DNA of 63,987 bases, filler included, from Licmophora abbreviata (lineage: Eukaryota), in assembly GCA_900291995.1 (NCBI GenBank). It is 12 parts of 12 records of this genome, joined end to end, with 100 filler letters (N's around TTAATTAATTAA, not from the genome) between each part and the next. Parts side by side here need not be neighbours in the genome. Positions count along the whole stretch, not along the records: positions 8,397 to 14,331 come from OLMU01004112.1; positions 14,432 to 18,265 come from OLMU01004113.1; positions 18,366 to 20,141 come from OLMU01004114.1; positions 20,242 to 25,867 come from OLMU01004115.1; 8 more parts are not named here. One strand, 5' to 3'. Both the position numbers and the translations under genes were made by a program. Of the stretch, positions 11,643 through 22,544 are shown in pieces (the stretch's first letter is position 1; the number at the start of each line of letters is the position of its first letter). The notes below the pieces were generated by a model. The model was not told where the DNA came from. It was given only the letters and a program-made list of their open reading frames with translations, and did no database searches.

Positions 11643-13243
11643 ATGCCTTTGCCGTCTGAAACGTCCGCCTTGCTGTCGACGGCTTCTTCCAATGTGCTTC
11701 GTGATCAGTTCAAAGAAGCCTGCGGTGGCGACGGCAAACTCCAAAAGAGTGAATTCAAGGTTTTGCTACTCCGTCGCGGTATCAGCATCAAGCAAGCTGT
11801 TTGGAAGAGATATTTAGTGAATGCGATGCCGACGGCGATGGAAGCTTGACAGTAGATGAATTTTTCAACTTTTGCGATGGCCTGGAAGCCAAGACGTTCT
11901 GGGACGGAATCAAGTACACAGCCCACACGACTACCAGTAGCTTTCTATGGTTGTTCGCCGTTGCCTTCCATTTTGCTGCCTGGGTGGGTGTTACGTCCTT
12001 TTGTCTCAAGCAGATAGGCAGGAGCATCGCGCCGGAATGGGGTATTGTGGGCGCCTGGTTTTTCTTCTTCGGGGCTGTCTACTTTTTCAAGCTGCTCATT
12101 GACTACGAAAGCTCGAACTACGACACCATGTTGCAAGCCAAGGTCATTCTGAAGCAAAGTGTTGAGAAGGACCCTACCTTTTTCGATAGAAAAGCTGGGA
12201 AGGACTCCGACATTGATTTGCTAGAGCTCAATGCAATTTTTGAAGAGCATGCCTTGTACTTGCCAAAATTCATCCTCTCTCAAATCTTTGAACAGATTGA
12301 TGTGGATAGGAGCGGGGTCATTTGCAAGGATGAAATTAACACTTTCGCCAAGTCGTCACAGAGCGACCCGACAAATGCTGAGCGACAGACAGAGATCAAC
12401 AAGGCTGTGGTTAGCACTTGGGGATTCTGGTCGCTCATTTGCTGGTTTCTGGGTAGTATTTTGTTCCTTGTGGCTGCTCATTTGCATTTCGCCGGCTACA
12501 CCGAACCGCCCTTGCCGCATAACACCTACCTTCATTTGTATGGGATGGGCTCGGTCTTGTATTTTCTGCTTGCCTTCTTTATGTTCCCCATGCTCACTGA
12601 TGAGGCCAAGAGTTACTTGGAGAGTGTCGAACAGATGAGAATGGCCTTCGACGATCGGAGCGAACGCGGTGGTCACACTACAAACGAACAGCTCTTCCGA
12701 AGCCTAGACGTCAGACGATCAGAATCGTCCATTAGTACTGGTGGCAACGGTGGTGACCATGGAAACGTAGGACAGTCGGATGGCAGCCTGGACGTCACAG
12801 AACTCTACGATGCGATGATTGAGGAGGGCGTGCTGATTCCATATGACACTTTTTTGGAATTGTTCAATGCCGCAGATGAAAGTGGAGATGGATTGCTACA
12901 GAGTGAAGAATTTGCGCTTTTCATCGCGAACATGAGAGTTTCCAAAGCCCCCTGGCAATTCCGTGTGCAACTGGCCCAGCGCATCCCCTTCACGTCGCCC
13001 TTTTTTGGTGTGATGATGTTTTTCATCGGAGGCATGTTCTATACAATCGGAAGCTATGTGGATCTTGTCGGGAGTGCCTACTGGTATTTTGGTGGGGCCG
13101 TTTGCTACGGTCTGGCCTCGGGCAAGAATGTTTTCTGGACCATCAAGAACAATTGGCTACATTTCCGAGCAGTCGAGGACGGGAAGGCCGAATTCAAAGT
13201 CCGACTCACTGGTGTGCGTCTATCCAGTCAGAAACTTGTTTGA
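11643..13243 (+). CDS. EF-hand + YrhK-like multi-TM protein with three repeated modules; 1-nt frameshift at about 11799-11802
   Basis: EF loops DADGDGSLTVDEF, DVDRSGVICKDEI and DESGDGLLQSEEF, each followed by two TM helices (e.g. WFLGSILFLVA...YGMGSVLYF). Adding one T (gct gtt ttg gaa) fuses ORF 11643 with ORF 11801. Confidence 0.75.
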
Positions 13244-13719
13244 TGGCGAGCGATTCGCTGCCAACAGTTAGTAAGGTAGTCAATACTACTGAAAGACTTT
13301 CTATTGCTCTGAGTAACTGGCGTAAGCGGTGTGGCATGCGTTCTTTCGTAGGCCCTGTTGTCCGCCTCTTCCAGCTAGTAGAGAAAACATGGAATCGTCT
13401 ATCAGATGATCGAAGCTCTATTGCAGTGTCGTATCGTTCGTAGCGTCGATTGAGTGGTGAGGACGAAGGTTAACATCCAGAGGAAAACTAGTAGAAAAGT
13501 TGCGCAAAAAAGAAGACGTATATAGTGATTGTATCCCTTCCTAGGTGGAAGATAACGTCCCTCCTCTATCTCGGCTCTGTACCAGCTGAAGAAACTAGCT
13601 TAACAGCAGGAGACGTCACAAGAAGCACACTCGTTGAGGGGAACGTATAGGAGGGAAGTTGCGATTCGATACCATGAATGAATGCTGACAAAGGCTGGGG
13701 ATAAACCCTTCCTTAGCAA

Positions 13720-15087
13720 CTACAGCGCAGAGAAATCAATGGGGCCATGGCGGTCCAACGGTTTGCCTCCTGGAGGTAGTGGGTATTTTAGTCCAGTGGC
13801 GCAGTTGAACAGAACCACTCGCTCAGACTTGTCGATACGCCCGTCCTCCAAAGCTATCTTGTATGCGGCAAAGGTTGCCGCCCCTTCGGGGCAGAGCAGG
13901 AGCCCCTCCTTGCAGGAAACTTCGTCCATAGCTGCACGGATCGCATCGTCGTCGACCGCAACGGCAAAACCATTGCTGCTGCGGACCGCGTCGAGGATTA
14001 AGAAGTCACCAATGGCCACTGGAACGCGGATCCCAGCTGCATAGGTGTGGGCGTCCTCCCACGCCTTGGCATGGCGCTCGCCACTTTCAAAGGCACGAAC
14101 AATGGGAGCGCACCCGCTAGCTTGTACGGCGATCATCTTTGGTCGCTTAGGACCGATAAAACCCAGCTCCTCGAGTTCGCCAAACGCCTTCCACATGCCA
14201 ATAAGTCCAGTTCCACCTCCGGTAGGATAGAATATAGCGTCGGGTAACTTCCAACCGAGTTGTTCGGCAAGTTCTAGTCCCATTGTCTTCTTCCCTTCTA
14301 TCCGATAGGGCTCCTTGAGTGTGGAGGTGTCNNNNNNNNNNNNNNNNNNNNNNNNNNNNNNNNNNNNNNNNNNNNTTAATTAATTAANNNNNNNNNNNNN
14401 NNNNNNNNNNNNNNNNNNNNNNNNNNNNNNNGCAGTCTCCTTCCCTGTGGCGACCAGCTTGCCACATTCGTTAATGAGACCGTTGATATTGTACAAGCGC
14501 GCTCCCTCTTGCGCAATTTCATCCATGTTGACTTGTGGAGTATCGTCTGGACAGAATATTACCGTCTCAATGCCAGCCCGGGACGCGTACGCCGCAAGCG
14601 CGGCCCCGGCATTCCCATTTGTGGGCATGGCCATCTTCTTCACACCAAGCTCCCGCGCCATGGACACCGCCATAGCTAGACCACGTGCCTTGAACGATCC
14701 AGTCGGGAGTCTCGATTCGTCCTTTACAATGATTCCGTGGGCTGATATGACGCCCAGGTCTCGAGCGATTCGTGGCAGCGGAATCAAGGGCGTCATGACT
14801 TCTCCCAGCGACACGATGTTTTCCGTCTTGCGTACGGGAAGCAGCTCTCGGTATCGCCACATGTTTGGACTACGAGAGGCAATGTCGTCCTTGGTGATGA
14901 CCTTTTGGGCGCCATTGAGATCGTAGCGGACCAAGAGGGGGTAGCCCCGGGGAGACAAGTTTTGCATTGTGTCGGCAGGAAGTCGCTCGCCTGTCATGGA
15001 GCACTCCAGGTGGGAGACGAACGTCGGAGTGTCTGGAATACACCCCTCGAGCACGAAGCCTCTCTTGTGGCGAGCGGAATCTGCCAT
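13720..15087 (-). CDS. Threonine synthase-like PLP enzyme, bacterial type, interrupted by an assembly gap
   Basis: MWRYRELLP, SLGEVMTPL, KDESRLPTGSFKARG (PLP lysine) and PTNGNAG before the gap. DTSTLKEPYRIEGKKTMGLE, YPTGGGTG, CPEGAA and FNCATGLKY after it. No introns seen. Confidence 0.88.
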
Positions 15088-15486
15088 TTCCGATAATTAT
15101 GTGATCAGATGTGCTCAGGCACGACGCAAGTTGTTGTCGGTGGTGGGATGCAATTGTTCTTTGGGAGGTTTTCGTGCAAGCGTTTGGATTTTGGATCCAG
15201 AAAAGATACGGAGCATTGAAAGGTATACGGGGCTTTTGATCTATTGCACTACACACGGACACGAAAGTCTCTTCTCTTTGAATCGAATTTCCCGCCGAGG
15301 GGTTGATGAACGAGACGGTACGGCATCGGGTACCAGGGAATCTTTGTTTACAACAGACAGGGCAGGATTCCTAGCAAAGACTCGTCTTTCCGTGACCAGC
15401 GATACAAATCATTCATAGCATAACGCTATAAGCTTGTGCACGCTTCTTGACTGAAAGTCCATTCTAATGAATAAAAATAACTGCAC

Positions 15487-17620
15487 TTACAACTCATCGT
15501 CTCCAAAGTCGGCGTCGTCTTCACCCCCGGCTCCGCCAGCCTCGCCGGCATACATATTGCGCATGATTGGGTTGGCCACTTGCTCCACCTCCTTCTGCTT
15601 CTCGTCGTAGTCTTCCTTGTCGGCTTCTGGGTTCTCGTCCATCCAGTCCAATGTCTCATCAACCATGTCTTGCAACTCTTTCTTGTCTTCCGCAGACAGG
15701 CTGGCACTCTTTTCGTCGTCGTCCAACGTGTTCTTCAAGTTATACAAGTACGACTCCAGACCGTTGCGAGCGTCAATACGTTCCTTGACCTTGCGATCTT
15801 CCTCGGCAAATTCCTCAGCCTCGCGGACCATGCGCTCGATCTCTTCTTCCGAAAGACGGCCCTTCTCCGCAGTAATCGTAATCTTCTCGGCCTTGCCGGT
15901 TCCCTTGTCCTCGGCAGCCACCTGGAGAATACCGTTGGCGTCGACCTCAAACGTCACTTCGATTTGCGGAACGCCACGAGGAGCAGGAGGAATGCCCGTC
16001 AACTCGAACTTTCCCAGCAAGTGGTTGTCCTTTGTCATCGATCGCTCTCCCTCGAAAACCTGAATCAACACAACGTTCTGGTTGTCCTGGTGGGTCGAGA
16101 AGGTTTCTAAAAGTCGAAAACGAGGTTAAAGCAATCGCGTTAGCACCATGTATCTTCTTCAAACCCAAAACAAATCTGCAACAACCACCAGCATCTCCTC
16201 ACTTACGAGACTTCTTGGTAGGAATCGTGGTACCACGGTTGATCAACTTGGTCATCACTCCTCCGACCGTCTCGATACCCTGCGACAGAGGCGTCACATC
16301 CAACAAGAGAATTTCGCTCGTTGCGTCCCCACCTTCTCCCGACAAGATACCTCCCTGCACGGCGGCACCGTAGGCAACAGCCTCGTCGGGGTTGATTCCC
16401 TTGGACGGTTCCTTGCCACCAAAGTACTCGGAGATCAAGGACTGGACCTTGGGGATACGCGTGGATCCACCGACCAAGACAATCTCGTCGACTTCTCCCT
16501 TGCTCAAATCACTATCGTCCAAGACTCGTCCGACGGGACCCAAGGTCTTTTTGAACAGATCCGTGTTAAGTTCCTCGAAACGCGCGCGCGTCAAGGTCTC
16601 ACTGAGATCAAAGCCATCGGCCAAGTCCTCGATTTCCAATCGCGCCTGCTGCTGACTGCTCAAGGCACGCTTGACACGCTCGACTTCCTTACGGAGCTTC
16701 TGCAAGGCACGCTTGTCACCGGAAATGTCAACGTCGTTCTTCTTCTTCATCATTTTGATAAAGTATTGCATGACGCGCTGATCGAAATCCTCTCCGCCGA
16801 GATGAGTATCACCGTTGGTGGCAAGAACTTCAAAGACGCCATTGTCAATGGTGAGAAGCGTGACATCGAAAGTGCCTCCTCCCAAGTCAAACACAAGCAC
16901 GTTGGACTCTCCTCCCGTCTTGTCCATGCCGTAGGCAATGGCAGCAGCCGTGGGTTCGTTGATGATACGCTCGACCTTCATTCCGGAGATGGTTCCAGCA
17001 TCCTTGGTCGCTTGACGCTGGGCATCGTTGAAGTATGCGGGGACAGTGACGACGGCGTTGTTGATTTCCTTTCCGAGGAATGTTTCTGCCGTGAGCTTCA
17101 TCTTTTGCAAGATCATGGCGGAGATTTCTTCGGGGGCAAACTTGAGCTTCTTGCCGTCCTGCGTGATTTCAATGACGGGCTTGTCCTTGTCCGAGACAAT
17201 GTTGTAGGGGACGAGTTTCTTGTCGGCCTGGACGGACTTGTCGGAGAAGTTGCGTCCAATGAGACGCTTGACGTCAAAGATGGTCTTTTCCGGGTTGATG
17301 GTGGCCTGGTTCTTGGCGGCATCACCGACGAGACGGTCGCCATTGTCCATGAATGCCACGTAGGAGGGCGTAATACGGTTTCCCTGGTCATTGGCGATAA
17401 TTTCCACGCGTCCGTTCTTGAAGACGCCGACACAGGAGTAGGTCGTTCCCAGATCAATCCCAATGACGGTTCCCGTGGACTCTGCCTCCTCGGCGCGTAC
17501 GAGTACAGGAGCGGCGCAAAGACCCAGCAGGGTCACTGATGAGGCAAGGAGAAGAAGAGACAAGAACGTGGGGCGTCGTGAGCGAGGGGTTCTTTCTTGT
17601 CGTCGTTGCTGGGAACACAT
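15487..17620 (-). CDS. BiP: ER luminal HSP70 chaperone BiP; intron 16206-16107
   Basis: Signal peptide, [47 protein letters not shown] across a GTAAGT..AG intron, and C-terminal DDEL retention signal. Confidence 0.97.
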
Positions 17621-18366
17621 AGTGTGTGGTTGTTGTTCGTTGTGCTTGGCGCTTGTATCGATACAATGAAGCAAAGTCACAGAGGTGCTACGTCGTGCCG
17701 CTCCACGTGTCCCTTTCCGGTCGTGCCTGCAAGTCAGTCTTGGACAAATGACGGACAAACGAGAGCATCGAGACCACGCTGACCGAAGCAGGGACGCCCC
17801 CTTCACGTCGGGGTCGACAAAGGGCCTCCCAGAAGCGTAGCTGTCCCTGAAGAGGAGATTCCCGAGTCATTGACTGCCGCAATCATGCAAGACCGGGATC
17901 GATGTGTAATGGATGACTGTCTTTGGCGCCGAAAGTAAAGAAAGCTTTTCACAAACACAGGCTGGATCCTGGCATCTACTTACATGCCGCAAGAGCTGCG
18001 TTACGGAAAAACATCTTCCAACTGCAAGAACACTACAAAAATCAAGTCACTCGACAAAGCGTCGTTGGTAGTTTACACTCGCTCAAGGCGTGAAAATGAG
18101 AATGCTTGCAACAAAAGATGGCGATCGATCTCTGCGGCCAGGAGCCGGCCCACGTACTAATCACGTACAACTCAGTACATGAGTCAGTATGACCCCCAAT
18201 GACCGAACTTCCAGCTGGAAGCGCCGTTTGTGGACGAGATCTATCGAAGGACGGACGGTGAAAGANNNNNNNNNNNNNNNNNNNNNNNNNNNNNNNNNNN
18301 NNNNNNNNNTTAATTAATTAANNNNNNNNNNNNNNNNNNNNNNNNNNNNNNNNNNNNNNNNNNNNG

Positions 18367-18406
18367 GACTCAGTCGACTGAGTCATATTTAGTCGACTGA
18401 GTCGAC
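18367..18406. repeat. Perfect 18-bp palindrome GACTCAGTCGACTGAGTC plus a second AGTCGACTGAGTC copy
   Basis: Read directly. The 15-mer AGTCGACTGAGTCGA at 18391-18405 also occurs exactly at 8237-8251. Confidence 0.85.
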
Positions 18407-18606
18407 GAAATGAGAGCGCGCATTTTTTTCATATTTCGCAACCGGCACACGACGACGACGACAACGATAGCATCATTCTTTGACGAGAGCACCGTCTACC
18501 GCACATTCATGTGTGGAGCGGAGACAACAGTGACTCTCTCGTCCACTCCTACTGCGTTTCCAAGTAAACTTCATTACTTGTTTTGGAAGGAAAGAGAATC
18601 CGCGCC

Positions 18607-20022
18607 ATGAAAGGAAACTCGACGTCCTCGTCGCCATGGCCATGTATGCATCACTATTACTGCCGCAGTTCGAATGCTCAGAGGCTCCTCGTTGCAGTCG
18701 TCCTCCTCTTCATGGCTTCCTCGAGACTGGGGTTTAACGATTCAAGTACGAAAAGTAGCGAACGACGTGTGCGACACCTCATCAGAAGGGCCAAAGGAGA
18801 GATATCCGATGACATGCCTCTGTCGGAAATCACCAAACTTGATCTTTCTGGTCTGGGTCTGCGAAGGCTTCCAGAAGGCTTTGAAGACTGCTTGCCCAAT
18901 CTCTCCACTCTCTTTCTATCCAACAACAAGTTTCGTCAGCTCCCAGCCGCCATTGGAAAACTCCCAAAACTCCAAATGGTCGCCTTCAAGGACAACCAAA
19001 TGGCGTCGATCCATCCAGACGCCCTCCAACCCCAACTACGATGGCTCATCCTCACAAACAACAAACTAACACACATTCCTGATACCATTGCTAGATGCAC
19101 ACGCTTGAAGAAACTCATGCTCTCTGGTAATAAACTCACTCGACTGCCGGATTCCATTCAAAAGTGTCAAGACTTGGAACTGATTCGACTCGCCAGCAAT
19201 CAGCTTGCAATGCCACCGCTCAAACTCTTCCAATTGCCCAAACTTCGATGGGCAGGGCTTTCGGACAATCCTTTCTTGCCTGACATTCAAACTCCCAAAA
19301 TAAACACTCTCACCGACGTGGATGCATCCAAGGGTGCAATTCTGGGCAGTGGTGCCAGTGGGGAAACACGCAAAGTCACCTATCATGGTACGAACGGGCA
19401 AGAGAAGACGGTAGCAGTCAAGGTGTACCGCGGACAACTCACATCGGACGGATTGCCCGAAATGGAGCGACAAATTGCAATTTATGCCAGTCAAGCTACG
19501 TCGTCGTCAGCCTTTGTTCATGTACTGGGAGCCACCACGGACGGCTCGCTGGTGATGGAATTTCTACAGGGTTTTCGGGCCGTCGGCCAACCGCCCAATT
19601 TGGAAACGTGCACCAGAGACACGTACGACGAGAGTCACGACGGACTGCACCTTTCCCAAGGCAAGATTCTAGTGGGCACCGTCCTGGAGGGTCTGACTCG
19701 ATTGCATGCCATGGGAATTATGCACGGTGACCTGTACGCTCACAATATACTCTTGAATCGTGAGAATTCGCAAGTCCGCTTGTCGGACTTTGGAGCGGCA
19801 TTCTTTTACGACTCGGCTTTGGACTATGGGAAGCTACTGCAGCGAGTTGAGTTGAGAGCCTTTGCAACGTTCGTGGACGAGATGGCGTCACTGGTGTCGT
19901 CCAAAGATGGTGACACAAGTAGTAGTCTTGGTCGTTTCGATGAGTTGCGAGACGCTTGTTTGGACCCCAACGCGACGTTTTCCAGTGTTCATGCGTGGTG
20001 GAACGATCAACAACAACACTGA
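18607..20022 (+). CDS. Leucine-rich-repeat protein kinase (LRR + Ser/Thr kinase)
   Basis: LRRs (LDLSGLGL, LFLSNNKF, LILTNNKL, LMLSGNKL, IRLASNQL), then LGSGASG, AVK, HGDLYAHNIL and DFGAA. N-terminal hydrophobic segment. Confidence 0.88.
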   Translation: MKGNSTSSSPWPCMHHYYCRSSNAQRLLVAVVLLFMASSRLGFNDSSTKSSERRVRHLIRRAKGEISDDMPLSEITKLDLSGLGLRRLPEGFEDCLPNLSTLFLSNNKFRQLPAAIGKLPKLQMVAFKDNQMASIHPDALQPQLRWLILTNNKLTHIPDTIARCTRLKKLMLSGNKLTRLPDSIQKCQDLELIRLASNQLAMPPLKLFQLPKLRWAGLSDNPFLPDIQTPKINTLTDVDASKGAILGSGASGETRKVTYHGTNGQEKTVAVKVYRGQLTSDGLPEMERQIAIYASQATSSSAFVHVLGATTDGSLVMEFLQGFRAVGQPPNLETCTRDTYDESHDGLHLSQGKILVGTVLEGLTRLHAMGIMHGDLYAHNILLNRENSQVRLSDFGAAFFYDSALDYGKLLQRVELRAFATFVDEMASLVSSKDGDTSSSLGRFDELRDACLDPNATFSSVHAWWNDQQQH

Positions 20023-20359
20023 TCAGCATAACCTTAGATTCCATCCTCATTTTTTGTTCTACCGCGAATGGCTGTTTCAAGACACTGTAGGTGTGACCCA
20101 TTGGACAAACAGATACTAGAAAGACGTAAAGCATACTATCGNNNNNNNNNNNNNNNNNNNNNNNNNNNNNNNNNNNNNNNNNNNNTTAATTAATTAANNN
20201 NNNNNNNNNNNNNNNNNNNNNNNNNNNNNNNNNNNNNNNNNCTTTCAGCAGAACGACGATGATACCTCATAGAACTTGGTATTGAATAAGACTCCTCTGA
20301 TCAGAAATCTTAGAGGGAAGGAACGAGCGCCAGAGAAGTAGGATCTTCTTTAAAATACT

Positions 20360-22033
20360 ATGGAACTCTCCATGCAGCAGCAGCAGCATGCTTACGTTTC
20401 GACGACGGGTCTGTTCCTCATCTTGTTTTACGGATTTCTAACAGTTTTCCTTGGATTCTACTTCCAATGGCGAATGTCGCCGCTTCGAAAGATCCCTGGA
20501 CCGCCGACGCCCTCATTTCTCATCGGTTACATGGTCCAGATCTTTCGCGAACCCTTCATGGACCCTCACAATCGATGGTGGAGAGATCTGAGAGCCAAGC
20601 ACCATGGCTCAAATGGCATTCCGCTGATGCGTTATAGTTCTCTCCTGGGACGGTACTCGCTCTTGGTTTTCGACCCCAATCTCGTCCAGCTCATTTTGAC
20701 CGAACCGGCATCGCGCGATCCTGTACGCTTTGCCAAGAATTACTTTTACATTCGAGAAATCATCGGCATGGGTCTGGTCACACTGGAAGGAGACGCCTGG
20801 AGTCGACACCGACGCATCATTCAACCCTCCTTTCAGACGGATGGGTTGAAGGAATCTCTGAATCGAGTGGTTCCCAGGCGTACTCAAACGTTAATCGACG
20901 CATGGCGCCATGCGGAACCCGGCGCCATCATTGACGTTTCGTCTCACATGTCGGCCGTGACGCTGGATATTATTGGGGATGTCGCCTTTTCACATGAATT
21001 TGGAGCGACACGGCTCGTTCAGGATTGGGCCGACAAGACGCGTCAAGAACGAGAGGACAATGATCGCCCGCAGCAGCAGCATGACTTGGAACAAGTTTCG
21101 GATCCGCTGATTCGAGCTTTTGCCGGATCCCTTATGATTTCCCCTCTGGGCATTGTACTCACCATTCTGGGTGTGGCTTGGATTGAAAAGTATCTGAATC
21201 GCAAAGTGTCACACACGCGTCGTCTTTTAAACGAGGCGGTCGACAATGTGGTTCGAAAAGCGCGCCGACCGGACGGCGACACGAAGAGTGACACTGAAAC
21301 TACCAGCGGAACCACCAGCACGCGGACCAAAAAGTCCCTGTTGCAGCTTTTATTCGAAGCCAAGGATCATTCAACTGAGACAAGGAATGGCCGCAAGACA
21401 CTATCGGATACTGAATTGCGGGACGAGGTCAAGACATTTGTCATGGCCGGTCACGAGACGACTGCGACGTGGTGCTACTGGGCCCTCTACGCGATTGCGA
21501 AACATCCCGATGTTCAACAAAAACTTTACGATGAGATTGTAACACAGGCGCCGGATGCGTCATCACCCGTTACGCTTGATCAAGTCTACAATATGCCCTA
21601 CCTGTCTGCTTTTCTTTCCGAGATTCTTCGATTGTACACGCCCGTTGCCATGATTGTTCGCTACACCACACGAACAGAAACGTTGAGTGGCTACACCATT
21701 CCGTCCAAGACACGATTGGTGATACCCATTCATCTCTTACATCGACATCCCGATTACTGGAATGACCCCGACGAGTTTCGACCCGAGCGATGGCTGGACG
21801 AGAATGAAGCACCGCACCGACATCGATTCTGTTTCTTACCCTTTTCTGCGGGAGGGCGAAACTGCATCGGGCAGCGCTTTGCCGAGATCGAGGCCAAGAT
21901 AATGGTGGCCAACATTGCGAGAGCATTTACGATTCAACTCGCTCCCTCTCAGCGTGACAAGACCTTTACCTTCACCAATATGATCACCATGAAGTCCAAA
22001 CCTCTGGTCAAGATTTGTGTCAAGGCTCGGTAA
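20360..22033 (+). CDS. Cytochrome P450, ER-anchored
   Basis: N-terminal TM + PGPP hinge, I-helix AGHETTA, EILR (ExxR), PERW and heme motif FSAGGRNCIG. Confidence 0.95.
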   Translation: MELSMQQQQHAYVSTTGLFLILFYGFLTVFLGFYFQWRMSPLRKIPGPPTPSFLIGYMVQIFREPFMDPHNRWWRDLRAKHHGSNGIPLMRYSSLLGRYSLLVFDPNLVQLILTEPASRDPVRFAKNYFYIREIIGMGLVTLEGDAWSRHRRIIQPSFQTDGLKESLNRVVPRRTQTLIDAWRHAEPGAIIDVSSHMSAVTLDIIGDVAFSHEFGATRLVQDWADKTRQEREDNDRPQQQHDLEQVSDPLIRAFAGSLMISPLGIVLTILGVAWIEKYLNRKVSHTRRLLNEAVDNVVRKARRPDGDTKSDTETTSGTTSTRTKKSLLQLLFEAKDHSTETRNGRKTLSDTELRDEVKTFVMAGHETTATWCYWALYAIAKHPDVQQKLYDEIVTQAPDASSPVTLDQVYNMPYLSAFLSEILRLYTPVAMIVRYTTRTETLSGYTIPSKTRLVIPIHLLHRHPDYWNDPDEFRPERWLDENEAPHRHRFCFLPFSAGGRNCIGQRFAEIEAKIMVANIARAFTIQLAPSQRDKTFTFTNMITMKSKPLVKICVKAR

Positions 22034-22544
22034 GTCGGTCGTATTGTAGACTCCCTCATATAACTCTCTAGCTCCTTAGCCAGAGGGCTGTATTGTGTGG
22101 ACTAGTTATGTGAGACTCTAGCTACCGAGTACATGTCTCTAGAGCTGATAGTCCGGTACCGGTAGGGCCGTTCGATGTTATGGCAACTTTAGAAGGCTCT
22201 TGACGGCGTTCTGACCTTCGATCTCTGACGTCATACTTCAACATGATGATAAGTATTGCGTCACACCGTATTTTTACGGAGCAGCTCGGAACAAAGAGGC
22301 AGATGCGATGTGACGACGCTGCTTCTTCCGGCCATTTATTTCACATGATTTCTCGGGAGACGGGAGGTCATCATTCGGCAGTCATCATACGTGTGTCGAT
22401 CCAGCTAGCGGCTGCTTTGTTTCCACCCCCCTTCTTACCAGAAACTTAATTTAGTCCTTGAAATCGACAATTTATAAGTCGAAGCCAGAGACTGCAGAAT
22501 TCAGAAACTTCATTTTTGGGGGGGCTGTATTGTCGTAAGGCAGC

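Noticed and set aside
16148..17539. 463-aa plus-strand ORF antisense to BiP
   Set aside because: This is the well-known antisense shadow ORF of HSP70 genes, arising from codon bias. It has no independent coding evidence.
17621..17806. N-terminal extension of the BiP ORF in the ORF track
   Set aside because: It starts at a non-ATG codon. The signal peptide follows ATG 17620, so this stretch is 5'UTR/promoter.
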